The notes: generated by a model not told the origin, from the sequence alone. Shown: positions 39,174-49,066, counted from the first letter of the stretch. The stretch is 64,000 nucleotides of DNA from an uncultured Clostridia bacterium (GCA_944336475.1 CALVLD010000002.1:69814-133813); one strand, 5' to 3'. Numbers and translations are program-made.

Positions 39174-40106
39174 ATGAAGAAACGCATATCTATTCTTGCT
39201 GTTCTGCTGCTGTGCATCACGATGGCATTCGGAGTTGCCGCACGGGCCGATTTCGGGGACTTTTCCGGTGACAGCGACTATGGCGGAGGCTCCGATTGGG
39301 GTAGCTCCGATTGGGGCAGCTCCGGCTGGGACAGCGACTATGATACGGATTATGGCGGAGGCTACTATTACATCGACAGCGGCATCGACGGCGACGGCGG
39401 CTTTGGCTCCGTGGTAGTTGCAGTGATCGTGATAGCAATAATCGTCATGGTAATACTGCTGCGCAAGAGCAAGAACGGGACGGCTGGCACCCGTAAAGTC
39501 AACCCCGGTGCAGCCGCCACGCCTCAGGCACGTCTGCGTGCAATGGATGCCTACCGTGAGCTTGATCCCAACTTTAATCCCGATGAGTTTGAGTCAAGGC
39601 TTTCCAACCTCTATGTTCAGCTTCAGAACTGCTGGTCTGCAAGGGATCTGGAGCCGTTGCGCCCCTATCTGACCAATATGCTGTATGAGCAGTCCGAGCG
39701 TCAGGTCGGTCAGTATCGTAAGAACGGTCAAACTCCGCATGTTGAGCGCATTGCGGTGCTTGGGGTCGATCTGAGGGGTTGGTATCAGCAGGATTCTCAG
39801 GATCATGTGATCGCCAATGTCAGAGCTCGCATCGTCGAGTACACCACGGACGATAACACCGGAGAGGTCGTTCGGGGCAGCAGCACTGAGGAGAAGTTCC
39901 TTACATATGAGTGGGATCTTTGCCGCACCTCCGGCAAGATAACGTACACCGGAGAGGATGCCAGGGATCTCCATTGCCCGAACTGCGGGGCGCCGATGTC
40001 CATCAACCAGAGCGCAAAATGCCCGTACTGCGATTCCGTTGTTACGGTTGAGGAGCACGACTGGGTGCTTGCGGCGATAAAGGGTATATCTCAGAGGACG
40101 GATTAA
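39174..40106 (+). CDS. Tim44-like-domain membrane protein with C-terminal zinc ribbon
   Basis: Signal/TM segment, G/S/D/W/Y low-complexity repeats, a second TM, a Tim44-like domain, then CPNCG...CPYCD. ATG 39174. Confidence 0.6.
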   Translation: MKKRISILAVLLLCITMAFGVAARADFGDFSGDSDYGGGSDWGSSDWGSSGWDSDYDTDYGGGYYYIDSGIDGDGGFGSVVVAVIVIAIIVMVILLRKSKNGTAGTRKVNPGAAATPQARLRAMDAYRELDPNFNPDEFESRLSNLYVQLQNCWSARDLEPLRPYLTNMLYEQSERQVGQYRKNGQTPHVERIAVLGVDLRGWYQQDSQDHVIANVRARIVEYTTDDNTGEVVRGSSTEEKFLTYEWDLCRTSGKITYTGEDARDLHCPNCGAPMSINQSAKCPYCDSVVTVEEHDWVLAAIKGISQRTD

Positions 40107-40115
40107 ACCTAACGA

Positions 40116-40161
40116 CAATGTAAAGGAGCTGCGGACGATATACCGCAGCTCCTTTACATTG
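40116..40161. terminator. Bidirectional hairpin terminator
   Basis: 19-bp perfect stem CAATGTAAAGGAGCTGCGG / CCGCAGCTCCTTTACATTG between convergent genes. Confidence 0.8.
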
Positions 40162-40165
40162 CCCG

Positions 40166-41827
40166 TTATTGCTTCTTAAACCTTACCGTTATGGTCGTTC
40201 CGACGCCGACGGTGCTGTCGAGCGAGATCTCCGCTCCGTGGTACAGCGCCGCATGCTTGACAATTGAGAGGCCCAGACCCGTGCCGCCGGTATCCTTCGA
40301 GTGGCTCTTGTCAACACGATAGAATCGCTCAAACACACGCCCCTGCGCCTCCAGGGGTATACCGATCCCGGTATCCTTTACCGTCAGCAAGATAGCATCG
40401 GTGCCGTCCCTGATGTCAATCAACACATTTCCGCCCTCGACGTTGTATTTGACCGCATTATCGCAGAGGTTAAATAGCATCTCCTGAAGGAGCCGCCTCA
40501 CGCCTGTTATTACTGCGGCGTCGCCGTCCACGGAGAGCGATATGTGCTTGGCATCCGCACTGTGCGTGAGCGACATAACGGTCTCCTCGGCGAGCTCCCG
40601 GAGATCCACGGGCTCCTTCTCCATGTAAACGCCCTCGTCAATCTGCGATAGCCGGATAACATCGCCGATGAGCATTACCAGTCTTGAGGCCTCGGAACGG
40701 ATATGCCCTATGAAGCGAGGCATATCCTCCTCCTGCACGAGCCCGTTTTCAATAAGCTCCGCAGAACCGATAATGGATTGCAGGGGCGTTTTTATCTCAT
40801 GGGAAACATTTGCGGAGAACTCCCTGCGCTGTGTTTCGGCAAGCAGCCTTGCCGTCACGTCAAAGGCCAGTATGCAGACGCCGTCCGTTACCGTATCATG
40901 CAGTACCGGGTCAGCGCTGAACTGATATTTGCTTGTCCCGAAGTCGATTATCATCTCGCAGTGCTTGCCCTCAAGCGCACTGCCGACCAACTCACGCAGC
41001 TCGCTTCTGCGGTCGAGCGTCAGTATGTCATTGCCGATACAGCCACTATCCGTGCCGAAAAGCTGCATGGATGCTTTGTTCATGGCGACTATCGTACCAT
41101 CCGAAGTGAGAAGAATCAGACACTCGCTCATGTTGTCGGTGATTGCCGCAAACTCCTCGCACTTGCGGTTAAGCTCCTCTGACTGCGCCGCAATGCGTCT
41201 GCGCTGCGCCTCAAGTCGGGTCAAGAACGGCGCCATCTCCTTGTATGCACTGTCATTCTCAAGGGGATGGTCAAGGTCGATGTTGTTGAACGGCCGCACT
41301 ATACGCTTTGACGCCCTGCTTGCGGCAAATGCGGATATGGCAATAGCAAGCGCCAATATTATAGCGAGCGGCTGAAGCATGCCGAGCACCAGCGCAACTA
41401 TCGTATAACGGTTGACGGAGAGCCTCAGAACGCTTCCGTCGGAGAGCCGCTTTGCATAGTAAATCGTGCGTTCCGAAAGCGTCTCGGATGTACGTTCGCT
41501 CTCTCCGACGCCCGTTGCAAGCGCCTCTGCGATCTCCTCACGATCCGCATGGTTCTCCATGGAGGAAACATCCGACACCTCGTTGTCATACAGCACACGG
41601 CCGGAAGAATCGACCCAGGTTATACGATGCTTGCCGCCGTCAAGCCCGTCAAAATACTCCATGCCGGAGTGTTCAACGCCACTTGCGGCAAGCGCAGTCT
41701 CGGTGATGAGAGCCTCCTTCTGCGTAGAGGCAAAATATCTGTACATAAAGCCCATGATAACCGCAAAGCAGACAACGAGCACTATGCACGCAACAAGAAA
41801 AATAGAGCGGAATATCCTGCCGGTCAT
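40166..41827 (-). CDS. phoR: Phosphate-regulon sensor histidine kinase
   Basis: Two TM helices, PAS-like region, H-box VSHEIKTPLQSI, N box NLCDNAVKY, G boxes DTGIGI/GTGLGLSIV. Last gene of the pst-pho operon. Confidence 0.8.
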   Translation of the reverse strand: MTGRIFRSIFLVACIVLVVCFAVIMGFMYRYFASTQKEALITETALAASGVEHSGMEYFDGLDGGKHRITWVDSSGRVLYDNEVSDVSSMENHADREEIAEALATGVGESERTSETLSERTIYYAKRLSDGSVLRLSVNRYTIVALVLGMLQPLAIILALAIAISAFAASRASKRIVRPFNNIDLDHPLENDSAYKEMAPFLTRLEAQRRRIAAQSEELNRKCEEFAAITDNMSECLILLTSDGTIVAMNKASMQLFGTDSGCIGNDILTLDRRSELRELVGSALEGKHCEMIIDFGTSKYQFSADPVLHDTVTDGVCILAFDVTARLLAETQRREFSANVSHEIKTPLQSIIGSAELIENGLVQEEDMPRFIGHIRSEASRLVMLIGDVIRLSQIDEGVYMEKEPVDLRELAEETVMSLTHSADAKHISLSVDGDAAVITGVRRLLQEMLFNLCDNAVKYNVEGGNVLIDIRDGTDAILLTVKDTGIGIPLEAQGRVFERFYRVDKSHSKDTGGTGLGLSIVKHAALYHGAEISLDSTVGVGTTITVRFKKQ

Positions 41828-42501
41828 GCTTCCACCTCCCGTATGCGATAACCCATGCCTCGCACGGTCTCTATCATATCGCCGCAGACGCCGAGCTTTT
41901 GACGGAGCGTCCTTATATGAACGTCAACGGTGCGGGTTTCACCGTCGTAATCGAACCCCCATATATCCGAAAGCAGCCTGTCACGGGTAAATACCATCCC
42001 CGGGCGGCTCATGAGGAGCTTCAGCAGTTCAAATTCCTTATAGGTCAGAATGACATCGGCTCCGTTCGCCCTGACCGTGTGTTCGGCGGAATTGAGCTCG
42101 ATTCCTCCCATGCGGATGATGTCGGAGCTCTGCTTGGGAGAAGTGCGCCTTAGCACCGCACGCACCCTTGCCGCCATCTCCATCATGCCGAAGGGTTTGA
42201 CCAGATAATCATCCGCACCGAGGTCGAGACTGATTATCTTATCAAATTCGGCTCCCTTCGCCGTGGCCATTAAAACGGGTATCTCGGCGGTGGAGGGACT
42301 CGCTTTGAGCCGCTTTAGTATCGAAACGCCGTCCTCGCCCGGGAGCATGACATCCAGCAGTATGAGATCCGGCATTTTTGATTTCAATGCCTCAAACAAC
42401 TGAGCCCCGTCCGTAAATCCGACGGCGGGCAGGCCCACCGAGGAGAGGGTATAGACTTCAATATCACGGATGCTCGCATCGTCTTCGACAACAAAAATCA
42501 T
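41824..42501 (-). CDS. phoP: OmpR-family phosphate response regulator
   Basis: Receiver domain (DLILLDVMLPGEDG) plus winged-helix output (TVRGMGYRI). 4-nt overlaps on both sides. Confidence 0.85.
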   Translation of the reverse strand: MIFVVEDDASIRDIEVYTLSSVGLPAVGFTDGAQLFEALKSKMPDLILLDVMLPGEDGVSILKRLKASPSTAEIPVLMATAKGAEFDKIISLDLGADDYLVKPFGMMEMAARVRAVLRRTSPKQSSDIIRMGGIELNSAEHTVRANGADVILTYKEFELLKLLMSRPGMVFTRDRLLSDIWGFDYDGETRTVDVHIRTLRQKLGVCGDMIETVRGMGYRIREVEA

Positions 42502-43154
42502 ATCTCAGCCTCCGTTACATGTAGTCCGGTGACCGCAAATTCGACCCATTCCGCAATATTGGTGGCGTGATCGCCTATGCGTTCGAAGTATTTGGCAATC
42601 ATGAGTATGTCGAGGGCAAACTCACCCTCGTCGGGCGAGGAGACCATCATATCGATGAGCGACTTGCGCACCTTGCTAAACAGCTCATCCACTATGTCGT
42701 CCTCTCGCATAACCCTGTGGGCAAGCTCCACATCGCCCCTTACATATGCGTCTATGCTGTCGGTCACCATCCTGCCTGCGGCGGCGGCCATATCGTCTAT
42801 AAGCACAAAATCCCTGCTTGTTTTCCCCTGCATGAAGGTTATTATCTCGGCAATATCAGACGCCTGGTCGCCTATGCGCTCCATGTCGGTTATCATCTTC
42901 AGTGCAGCGGATATCTGTCGCAGATCCCGTGCAACGGGTTGCTGATGCAGGAGCAGCTTCAAACATAGTGTTTCAATGTCACGCTCCATACGGTCTATCT
43001 CGGCGTCGATGGGATATACCTTCTCCGCAAGCTCGGGACTTCCCTCAAGCAACGCCTTGCGTGCGGAGGATATGGCGTCCTCGCACAGCGCGCCCATGCG
43101 TATCAATTCCTTGTGCAGTGTTGCAAGCTGCTCGTCAAAACGGCTTCTCATCAT
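42498..43154 (-). CDS. phoU: Phosphate signalling complex protein PhoU
   Basis: 218 aa, duplicated PhoU repeat, located between pstB and the two-component genes. Confidence 0.9.
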   Translation of the reverse strand: MMRSRFDEQLATLHKELIRMGALCEDAISSARKALLEGSPELAEKVYPIDAEIDRMERDIETLCLKLLLHQQPVARDLRQISAALKMITDMERIGDQASDIAEIITFMQGKTSRDFVLIDDMAAAAGRMVTDSIDAYVRGDVELAHRVMREDDIVDELFSKVRKSLIDMMVSSPDEGEFALDILMIAKYFERIGDHATNIAEWVEFAVTGLHVTEAEI

Positions 43155-43906
43155 CCGAACCTCCCTGTAATATAGTCCTCCGTGCGCTTATCCTGCGGAT
43201 TGGAGAACATCCTCTCCGTGTCGGCAAACTCCACAAGCTCTCCCAGCAGGAAGAATGCCGTGTTGTCCGATATGCGCAGCGCCTGCTGCATATTATGTGT
43301 GACGATGACGATAGTATATCGGTTTTTTAGATCCAATGCAAGCTCTTCTATCTTTGTTGTTGATATTGGGTCGAGTGCGCTTGTCGGCTCATCCATGAGA
43401 AGGACTTCGGGCTGTACTGCAAGCGCACGGGCTATGCAGAGCCTCTGCTGCTGACCGCCGGAGAGACCCAGTGCGCACTTCTTCAGCCTGTCCTTCACTT
43501 CATCCCATATCGCGGCGGAGCGAAGGCTTGACTCGACTATGTCATCGAGCTTGGCCTTGTTCTTTATACCGTGTGTGCGCGGGCCGTAGGCAACATTGTC
43601 ATACACGCTCATAGGGAAGGGATTGGGCTTTTGAAACACCATTCCTATCTCCCTGCGAAGCTCGGTCACATCGACATTCCTGCCGAATATGCTCTCGCCC
43701 CTGTAACGGACGTCGCCCTCTATCCTCACGGATGGGATGAGATCGTTCATGCGGTTGAGCGTTTTCAAAAAGGTAGACTTGCCGCAGCCGGAAGGGCCAA
43801 TAAGGGCGGTTATGCTCCTTTCCGGTATGCCCATGGATATGTTTTTTAATGCTAATGTTTCTCCGTATCTTAGGGAGAGCGAATCAGCTTCGATTATGCT
43901 TGTCAC
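43151..43906 (-). CDS. pstB: Phosphate ABC transporter ATP-binding protein
   Basis: [28 protein letters not shown]. Characteristic PstB C-terminus ...EDYITGRFG. Confidence 0.95.
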   Translation of the reverse strand: MTSIIEADSLSLRYGETLALKNISMGIPERSITALIGPSGCGKSTFLKTLNRMNDLIPSVRIEGDVRYRGESIFGRNVDVTELRREIGMVFQKPNPFPMSVYDNVAYGPRTHGIKNKAKLDDIVESSLRSAAIWDEVKDRLKKCALGLSGGQQQRLCIARALAVQPEVLLMDEPTSALDPISTTKIEELALDLKNRYTIVIVTHNMQQALRISDNTAFFLLGELVEFADTERMFSNPQDKRTEDYITGRFG

Positions 43907-44766
43907 GAGATATTCCTCCTGCGCTTTAGTGTGCGTCCAACCAGATCGGCGGAAAGATTGATTATAAGCGTGAGTATCATCAGGATTGCGGCGATTGCAA
44001 ATGCGATGTCGAACTCACCACGCTCCTTTGCGTATATGTAGAGAGCAACCGTAAGGGTCGCACCTGGGCTTGCAAGACCTTCTATTATGTTGTTTACGGA
44101 GCTTGCAAGGCCGGCGGTGAACATGAGTGCGGCGGACTCGCCGAGTATCCTGCCTATGGAGAGTATGCATCCCGTGACTATGCCGTCGATACACCCCGGA
44201 AGCACTACCGTGCGAACCACCCTCCACTTCCCTGCGCCAAGGCCGAAAGCGCCCTCGCGAAGGCTCTGGGGAACCGTGCGTATGCTCTCCTGCGTGGTGC
44301 GAATGACCGTTGGAAGGTTCATTATCACGAGCGTCAGAGCACCTGCTATGAGGGATGTCTGTAATTTGCAAAACTGGCAGAATATGAGCATTCCCACAAG
44401 GCCATAGATTATTGACGGAATGCCCGACAATGTCTCTGTTGCATACTCGATTACCTTAACGATACGCTTGCTCTTGGCATATTCAGTGAGGTAGATTGCC
44501 GCTCCCACGCCTATGGGCAGGACTATAAGTATGGTTGCAAGTACTATGTAGACGGTGTTGAGAACGTAGGGCAGTATGCCCTCCGTGCCATTAAGATAGC
44601 TTGGCTCTGAAGAGAGCAGTTCCCACGTTATGTTGGGGATGCCCCTTACAAGCACATAGATTATGAGAAACAGCACCAAGCCAACCGTAAGCCCCGCTGC
44701 AATGTACATAAGGCATCTGAGCAGTACGATATTAAGCTTTCTTTTGCAAGATATCCCTTTGTTCAT
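43903..44766 (-). CDS. pstA: Phosphate ABC transporter permease PstA
   Basis: Six TM helices with an EAA-like loop. Start set at ATG 44766, which forms an ATGA overlap with the pstC stop. The listed 384-aa ORF is an upstream over-extension. Confidence 0.9.
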   Translation of the reverse strand: MNKGISCKRKLNIVLLRCLMYIAAGLTVGLVLFLIIYVLVRGIPNITWELLSSEPSYLNGTEGILPYVLNTVYIVLATILIVLPIGVGAAIYLTEYAKSKRIVKVIEYATETLSGIPSIIYGLVGMLIFCQFCKLQTSLIAGALTLVIMNLPTVIRTTQESIRTVPQSLREGAFGLGAGKWRVVRTVVLPGCIDGIVTGCILSIGRILGESAALMFTAGLASSVNNIIEGLASPGATLTVALYIYAKERGEFDIAFAIAAILMILTLIINLSADLVGRTLKRRRNIS

Positions 44767-45653
44767 TTCTTTTCCCTCTTTAAGAAAAAGTTGAGCGTGG
44801 CGTTGATGAGCATTATGAATAGGAAGAGCACCAGCGCGATTGAAAACAATGCCTGCCGTTGCAATCCGGAGGAGTACGCCATCTCGCTTGCAACTGCTGT
44901 GGTGAGGAAGCGAACGCTTGAAAATAGCGAAGGCATGTTTGGCACATTTCCCGACACCATCATGACCGCCATAGCCTCGCCTATCGCGCGTCCCACACCG
45001 AGCACTACCGAGGCGGCAATGCCGCTCTTTGCGGATGGAACGGATACCCTGAACCATGTCTCCACAGGCGTTGCGCCAAGCGCCAAAGAGGCATCCTCAT
45101 ACTCTTGTGGAACGGCCTCGAGCGCTGTGACGCTCACCTTGATTATTGAGGGTAGTATCATTATTGCAAGCACGATCATGGCTGCAAAAAGGCTTGCGCC
45201 GTCGGAAAGGTCGAACACATCTGCAATGAACGGAACAAGTACCAGCATTCCGACAAAGCCATATACAACGGAAGGTATGCCTGCAAGCAGGCTCACAGCC
45301 TGATTTATCACGAGCCGCAGACGCTTCGGAGCGCATTTGGCAATGAACACGGCAGCAAAGAACCCGATGGGCACTCCTATAACTATCGCTCCTGCCGTGC
45401 CGTACACGGATGTAAGTATGAAAGGCAATATGCCGAATCTGGGATCGTCGGCGGTGGACTCCCATTCGGTGCCGAATAGAAACTCGACAAGTCCTATTTC
45501 CGCAATGGCGGGTATTCCCGAGATGATGAGGTAGACGGTTATCAGCAGCACACAGCCGACCGCAACAAGCCCAAGTATCAGGAATACCCCGTGTATCGCA
45601 TTTTCGGCGGCTCTGCGCCGAGCCGCCTTTTTGTTAAGCTTTATTGCCTCCAT
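44763..45653 (-). CDS. pstC: Phosphate ABC transporter permease PstC
   Basis: Permease topology. Start at ATG 45653, 4 nt after the pstS stop. Confidence 0.9.
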   Translation of the reverse strand: MEAIKLNKKAARRRAAENAIHGVFLILGLVAVGCVLLITVYLIISGIPAIAEIGLVEFLFGTEWESTADDPRFGILPFILTSVYGTAGAIVIGVPIGFFAAVFIAKCAPKRLRLVINQAVSLLAGIPSVVYGFVGMLVLVPFIADVFDLSDGASLFAAMIVLAIMILPSIIKVSVTALEAVPQEYEDASLALGATPVETWFRVSVPSAKSGIAASVVLGVGRAIGEAMAVMMVSGNVPNMPSLFSSVRFLTTAVASEMAYSSGLQRQALFSIALVLFLFIMLINATLNFFLKREKK

Positions 45654-45657
45654 GGTG

Positions 45658-46458
45658 TCAGTTTGAGGGCACGGCACCCATGAGCAGTATAACATCCGCA
45701 GCATCCTTTGAGAGTGCATACTCAAGGAATGACTTTGCCGCATCGGAGAGGCTGTCGTCGCTGCGTGTCACGAGCACGAACGGTCTCTGGATTGGGTAAC
45801 TGCCGTCCTTTATGGTGGTTTCGCTCGGCAGAACGCCGTCAACGGAAACGGTCTTGACCGCATTGCTTACAGAGGCAACGGAGGCATAGCCAATGGCGTT
45901 CTCATTCATGGAGACCGTGGTGATGACATCACCGGTGGAGGTCAGCTGCTGGCGGTACTTGCACATATCTTCGGTACCGGTAACGCTCTCAAAGCCATCA
46001 CGGGTTCCACTGCCGGCCTCGCGGCCGATAAGGACTATCTCGGAGTCTGCACCTCCGACATCACTCCAGTTGGTGATCTTTCCGGTGAATATGTCGGCTA
46101 TCTGTTCTGTAGAGAGCGAAGTCACAGGATTGTTGTTGTTAACAATGATCGCAATGCCATCGTAAGCGAGCACGGTTTCCGTCAGACCAAGCTCCTTTTC
46201 GGAATCCTTAAGAGCTCTGCTGGAGAGACCGATGTCGCAGCGGCCCTCTGCAACTGCGGTAATGCCGCCGCTGGAACCTGTTGCATTGTAGGTGACCTCG
46301 AGATCGGGGTTGGAGTCGTGGAAAGCCTCGCCAAGGCCGCCTATGACCTTCTCCATAGAGGTGGAGCCCTCGGTGGTTACCTTTGCGCCTCTGGCACAAC
46401 CTGTGAGCATCATTGCAGCCACGAGAGCCGCAGCAGTTAACATGATTATCTTTTTCAT
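45658..46458 (-). CDS. pstS: Phosphate-binding lipoprotein PstS
   Basis: Lipobox LTGC. GSTSMEKV...TGSSGG...GSGTR phosphate-binding motifs. Confidence 0.9.
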   Translation of the reverse strand: MKKIIMLTAAALVAAMMLTGCARGAKVTTEGSTSMEKVIGGLGEAFHDSNPDLEVTYNATGSSGGITAVAEGRCDIGLSSRALKDSEKELGLTETVLAYDGIAIIVNNNNPVTSLSTEQIADIFTGKITNWSDVGGADSEIVLIGREAGSGTRDGFESVTGTEDMCKYRQQLTSTGDVITTVSMNENAIGYASVASVSNAVKTVSVDGVLPSETTIKDGSYPIQRPFVLVTRSDDSLSDAAKSFLEYALSKDAADVILLMGAVPSN

Positions 46459-46504
46459 TTTAAATAACTCCTTTCGTTTGTCTGAGAATAGTTTAAGCTC
46501 GATG

Positions 46505-46544
46505 TGTAAAGTTAAAAAGCCAATCAGTGTTAAATTTTTGTTAA
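46505..46544 (-). promoter_or_regulatory. PhoP-box direct repeats upstream of pstS
   Basis: Minus strand reads TTAACA-N5-TTAACA-N5-TTGGCT-N5/6-TTTACA with ~11-bp phasing, followed by a TAAACT -10-like hexamer. Confidence 0.55.
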
Positions 46545-46689
46545 ACTATCCAAAGACAAAAGGCAGCGGGGAGCATGCTACACATTCTGTCGGTGACACT
46601 GATATCGCCAGAGATAGCTGCCGCAAAAAGGATGGTCAAACGGAAAAACCGTGCTCGACACCCTCGATTCGTTTGAGGATATAACGGCA

Positions 46690-47377
46690 TTATCTCCTCA
46701 ATGCGCAGAACGTTGTCGTTTCGCTTATTGACATCAGCGGCAATACCATGGTATAATATATCAACGACAGTTGGGGCAAGCTGATTGCCGCAACGGGCAC
46801 CTTGGCAAACACGGTCGGGCTTAACAACCCGTTCCGTTATAGGGGTATGTCTACGATACCGAAACGGGTTGGTACTACCTCCGGTCCCGTTACTATAACC
46901 CCGAGCTCTGCCGCTTCGTCTCCGCGGACGTCTACCTCTCCACCGGCCAGGGTGTGCTGGGGCACAACGCCTTTGTATACTGCCTGAATGATCCGGTGAA
47001 CATGACTGATGAAGGTGGACATTGGCCGAGTTGGGCAACTAAGCTTGTCGCAGCGGCAGTTGTCGTTGCCGTTGTCGGAGTTGTGGCAGCTGTTGCTGCT
47101 GCAACAGCTGGTGCAGGAACTGCGGCGGCTGTTATTGCCGTAGGAGCGCCAAAGGAGCTGCTATTGGAATGGCTTCAGGAGCTTCAATTGGCGCTGTGAC
47201 AGGGGCAGTAAGTCATAGAGCATCCACTGGCAGCCGGAGCGGAGCGGGCACAGCCGCACTTAATGGGATGGGTGTCGGGGCCTGTCAGGTGCCGTCACCG
47301 GTGCAATATCATGGGCTGTACTGCTGACGACCGCAATAGTGTTCATCGCCAAATGCTGCTGGATGGCTGGCAAATGA
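46690..47377 (+). pseudogene. Decayed orphan RHS C-terminal cassette (RHS-core tail + glycine-zipper/TM-rich toxin tip)
   Basis: Reads ...YLLNAQNVVVSLIDISGNTMV*YINDSWGKLIAATGTLANTVGLNNPFRYRG. An in-frame TAA lies at 46751-46753. The coding sense then moves through three further frames, shifting at 46842-46845, ~47145 and 47277-47280. Confidence 0.7.
46769..46969 (+). repeat. Copy 1 of the ~200-bp near-identical RHS-core junction repeat
   Basis: Aligns to 50551-50750 with only about six differences, one of them a 1-nt G-run indel. Sequences diverge completely downstream. Confidence 0.85.
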
Positions 47378-47510
47378 TGATTAAGCGCAAGTTGTGACCG
47401 CAGCCGCACCATCGGTTTGGATACCGTGTAAAACGGCATCACGCCGGCCAAGTCATTCAAGGATGCGGTCAATACGCCAAGTGATTGCCTTTAAAAATAT
47501 GTCAAAACGC

Positions 47511-47539
47511 TTGACGGCCTACAACGAGCATGGTATACT
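47511..47539 (+). promoter_or_regulatory. Strong sigma-A promoter with extended -10
   Basis: TTGACG (47511-47516), 17-nt spacer, TGgTATACT (-10 at 47534-47539). About 220 nt upstream of the amidase gene. Confidence 0.7.
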
Positions 47540-47760
47540 GCTTTTGCTTGGGGGTTAAGGCGGACAGACTCATGAAGTGTTGGCTGCAGCTATGTGTGTT
47601 GAGAAGCTGAGTGATGAAGCGCACATTGCCCATCGCTCACAAGGGCTCTTATCGGCAAGAGCGCAGTCACACATGGGGCGCTCGTCTGTCGTTTGCGACC
47701 CGATGCATCTACTCATCTTCCAAACATTGAAAATTTATTAAAATGTTAGGGAGGCAGATA

Positions 47761-49050
47761 ATGAAGAAAGCAAAACTGGCCATATCGATTCTTTGTGCGT
47801 GTATGTTTTTATTTCAGGGGATAACAGCCGCTCCGAATGTGAACGCTGCAACCCTGGGAGTTCACTCAAAAATTGAAAGCGTTATTGAGCAATATATTTC
47901 GTCGAAATATCACTTGATTTCGCAATTATCGGTATCTGCAAAAGGGATTGAGATGGACACTGAGTGTGTGTCAGAAAAGGCTATCAGCTTTAGACAGATA
48001 GAGAGGGCGATTCTTTCCTCATATGTGAGCTTGATGCTGTCATGTAAGAACAGTCCACGCTTCTCTATAAAAGACTTGGACTGCTCATACAGATACGCTA
48101 CCTTATGCGGCACATCTGCCGATGTATATGTGAGTGTAAGATGTAAATTCAACTATGATATTACTCCCGACGTAAATTCGGAAACGGGCGAGATATTACG
48201 CATCTATTTACATAACTCGGGCACTGGTTGGGAGATTACCGGCAGGGATTATATATCCGACTTTGACAGAGCGTTTTGGGGGTGTAAGGAGCCAACCGTT
48301 GATAATGCCTTGCGTAGAGAGCAGGAAATTTATGCAATTGCAAACAGTCTTGCTGAGCGTAAAAGTATTACTACCGAATTCTATGATGAGTGGGAGTGCG
48401 GTGATGCGGACGGTAACGATCTTGAAACTCGCTCCGTGGCAACGTATAATGCATCAGGGGCAGTGGGATGGGCGTTAGCTAACGTTGCACCGATATCGAG
48501 CACATGGAATGATGCAGGTGGATATTCTTATTCCTATCCATCGCCATATTCACAGTTCTACCATGACTGTACCAACTATGTATCGGTATGTATGAATCTC
48601 GGAGGTGACATACCATTTGATACTACCGCTTATCCCTATAACAACGGAGGTGATGTATGGTTTTATAACAGCCCCAACACTGCCGGCGCCACATACAGCT
48701 TCTCGTGGGCGACAGTCGGAAGTCTTGGCCTTTATCTTGAAGGTGGAGCGACAGCATCAGATGGGATATACAGTATAAAGGCTTATCAAAATTCGTCCTA
48801 TCCGTCTACACTTACCAATTCAACCATCCGAGCTGGAGATATTGTTCAGTTTTATGACGGCAGTATCGGGTCATGGAATCACTCGGCAATTATTACATAC
48901 TACAAGCCTGTCTTGGACATTGCATATATTTGCCAGCATGATGCCAACCAGTATATGAGCCAATGCTCGTTGGAAGGGTACTATACCGCAGTGTATGCTT
49001 CATCGGGATCGTTAATACGTTTCTTCGATGTTCGCGGATATTATAATTAA
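47761..49050 (+). CDS. Secreted protein with C-terminal putative amidase domain (Amidase_6 / papain-like)
   Basis: Signal peptide (...GITAAPNVNA). YNASGAVGWA...FYHDCTNYVSVCMNLGG...GDIVQFYDGSIGSWNHSAIITYY matches the Cys/His amidase_6 pattern. ATG 47761 follows GGGAGG. Confidence 0.8.
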   Translation: MKKAKLAISILCACMFLFQGITAAPNVNAATLGVHSKIESVIEQYISSKYHLISQLSVSAKGIEMDTECVSEKAISFRQIERAILSSYVSLMLSCKNSPRFSIKDLDCSYRYATLCGTSADVYVSVRCKFNYDITPDVNSETGEILRIYLHNSGTGWEITGRDYISDFDRAFWGCKEPTVDNALRREQEIYAIANSLAERKSITTEFYDEWECGDADGNDLETRSVATYNASGAVGWALANVAPISSTWNDAGGYSYSYPSPYSQFYHDCTNYVSVCMNLGGDIPFDTTAYPYNNGGDVWFYNSPNTAGATYSFSWATVGSLGLYLEGGATASDGIYSIKAYQNSSYPSTLTNSTIRAGDIVQFYDGSIGSWNHSAIITYYKPVLDIAYICQHDANQYMSQCSLEGYYTAVYASSGSLIRFFDVRGYYN

Positions 49051-49066
49051 ACCATAGGAGGTAAAA

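Noticed and set aside
43903-45743. Long N-terminal extensions of the listed pstA (384 aa) and pstC (326 aa) ORFs
   Set aside because: The extensions overlap the preceding genes. Internal ATGs at 44766 and 45653 give canonical 4-nt junctions and normal permease lengths. The same reasoning was applied to groES, pcp, the GNAT gene, cotJC, pth and the MFS gene.
47260-47472. 70-aa minus-strand ORF as a candidate immunity gene for the first RHS tip
   Set aside because: It is antisense to the decayed toxin tip itself and has no SD. Its proline/alanine/histidine-rich product has no TM segment or fold signal.
47540-47760. Possible c-di-AMP (ydaO-type) or other riboswitch in the long leader of the amidase gene
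   Set aside because: I could not find the conserved ydaO core elements, or those of any riboswitch I can recognise by eye. It is left as an unexplained leader rather than called.
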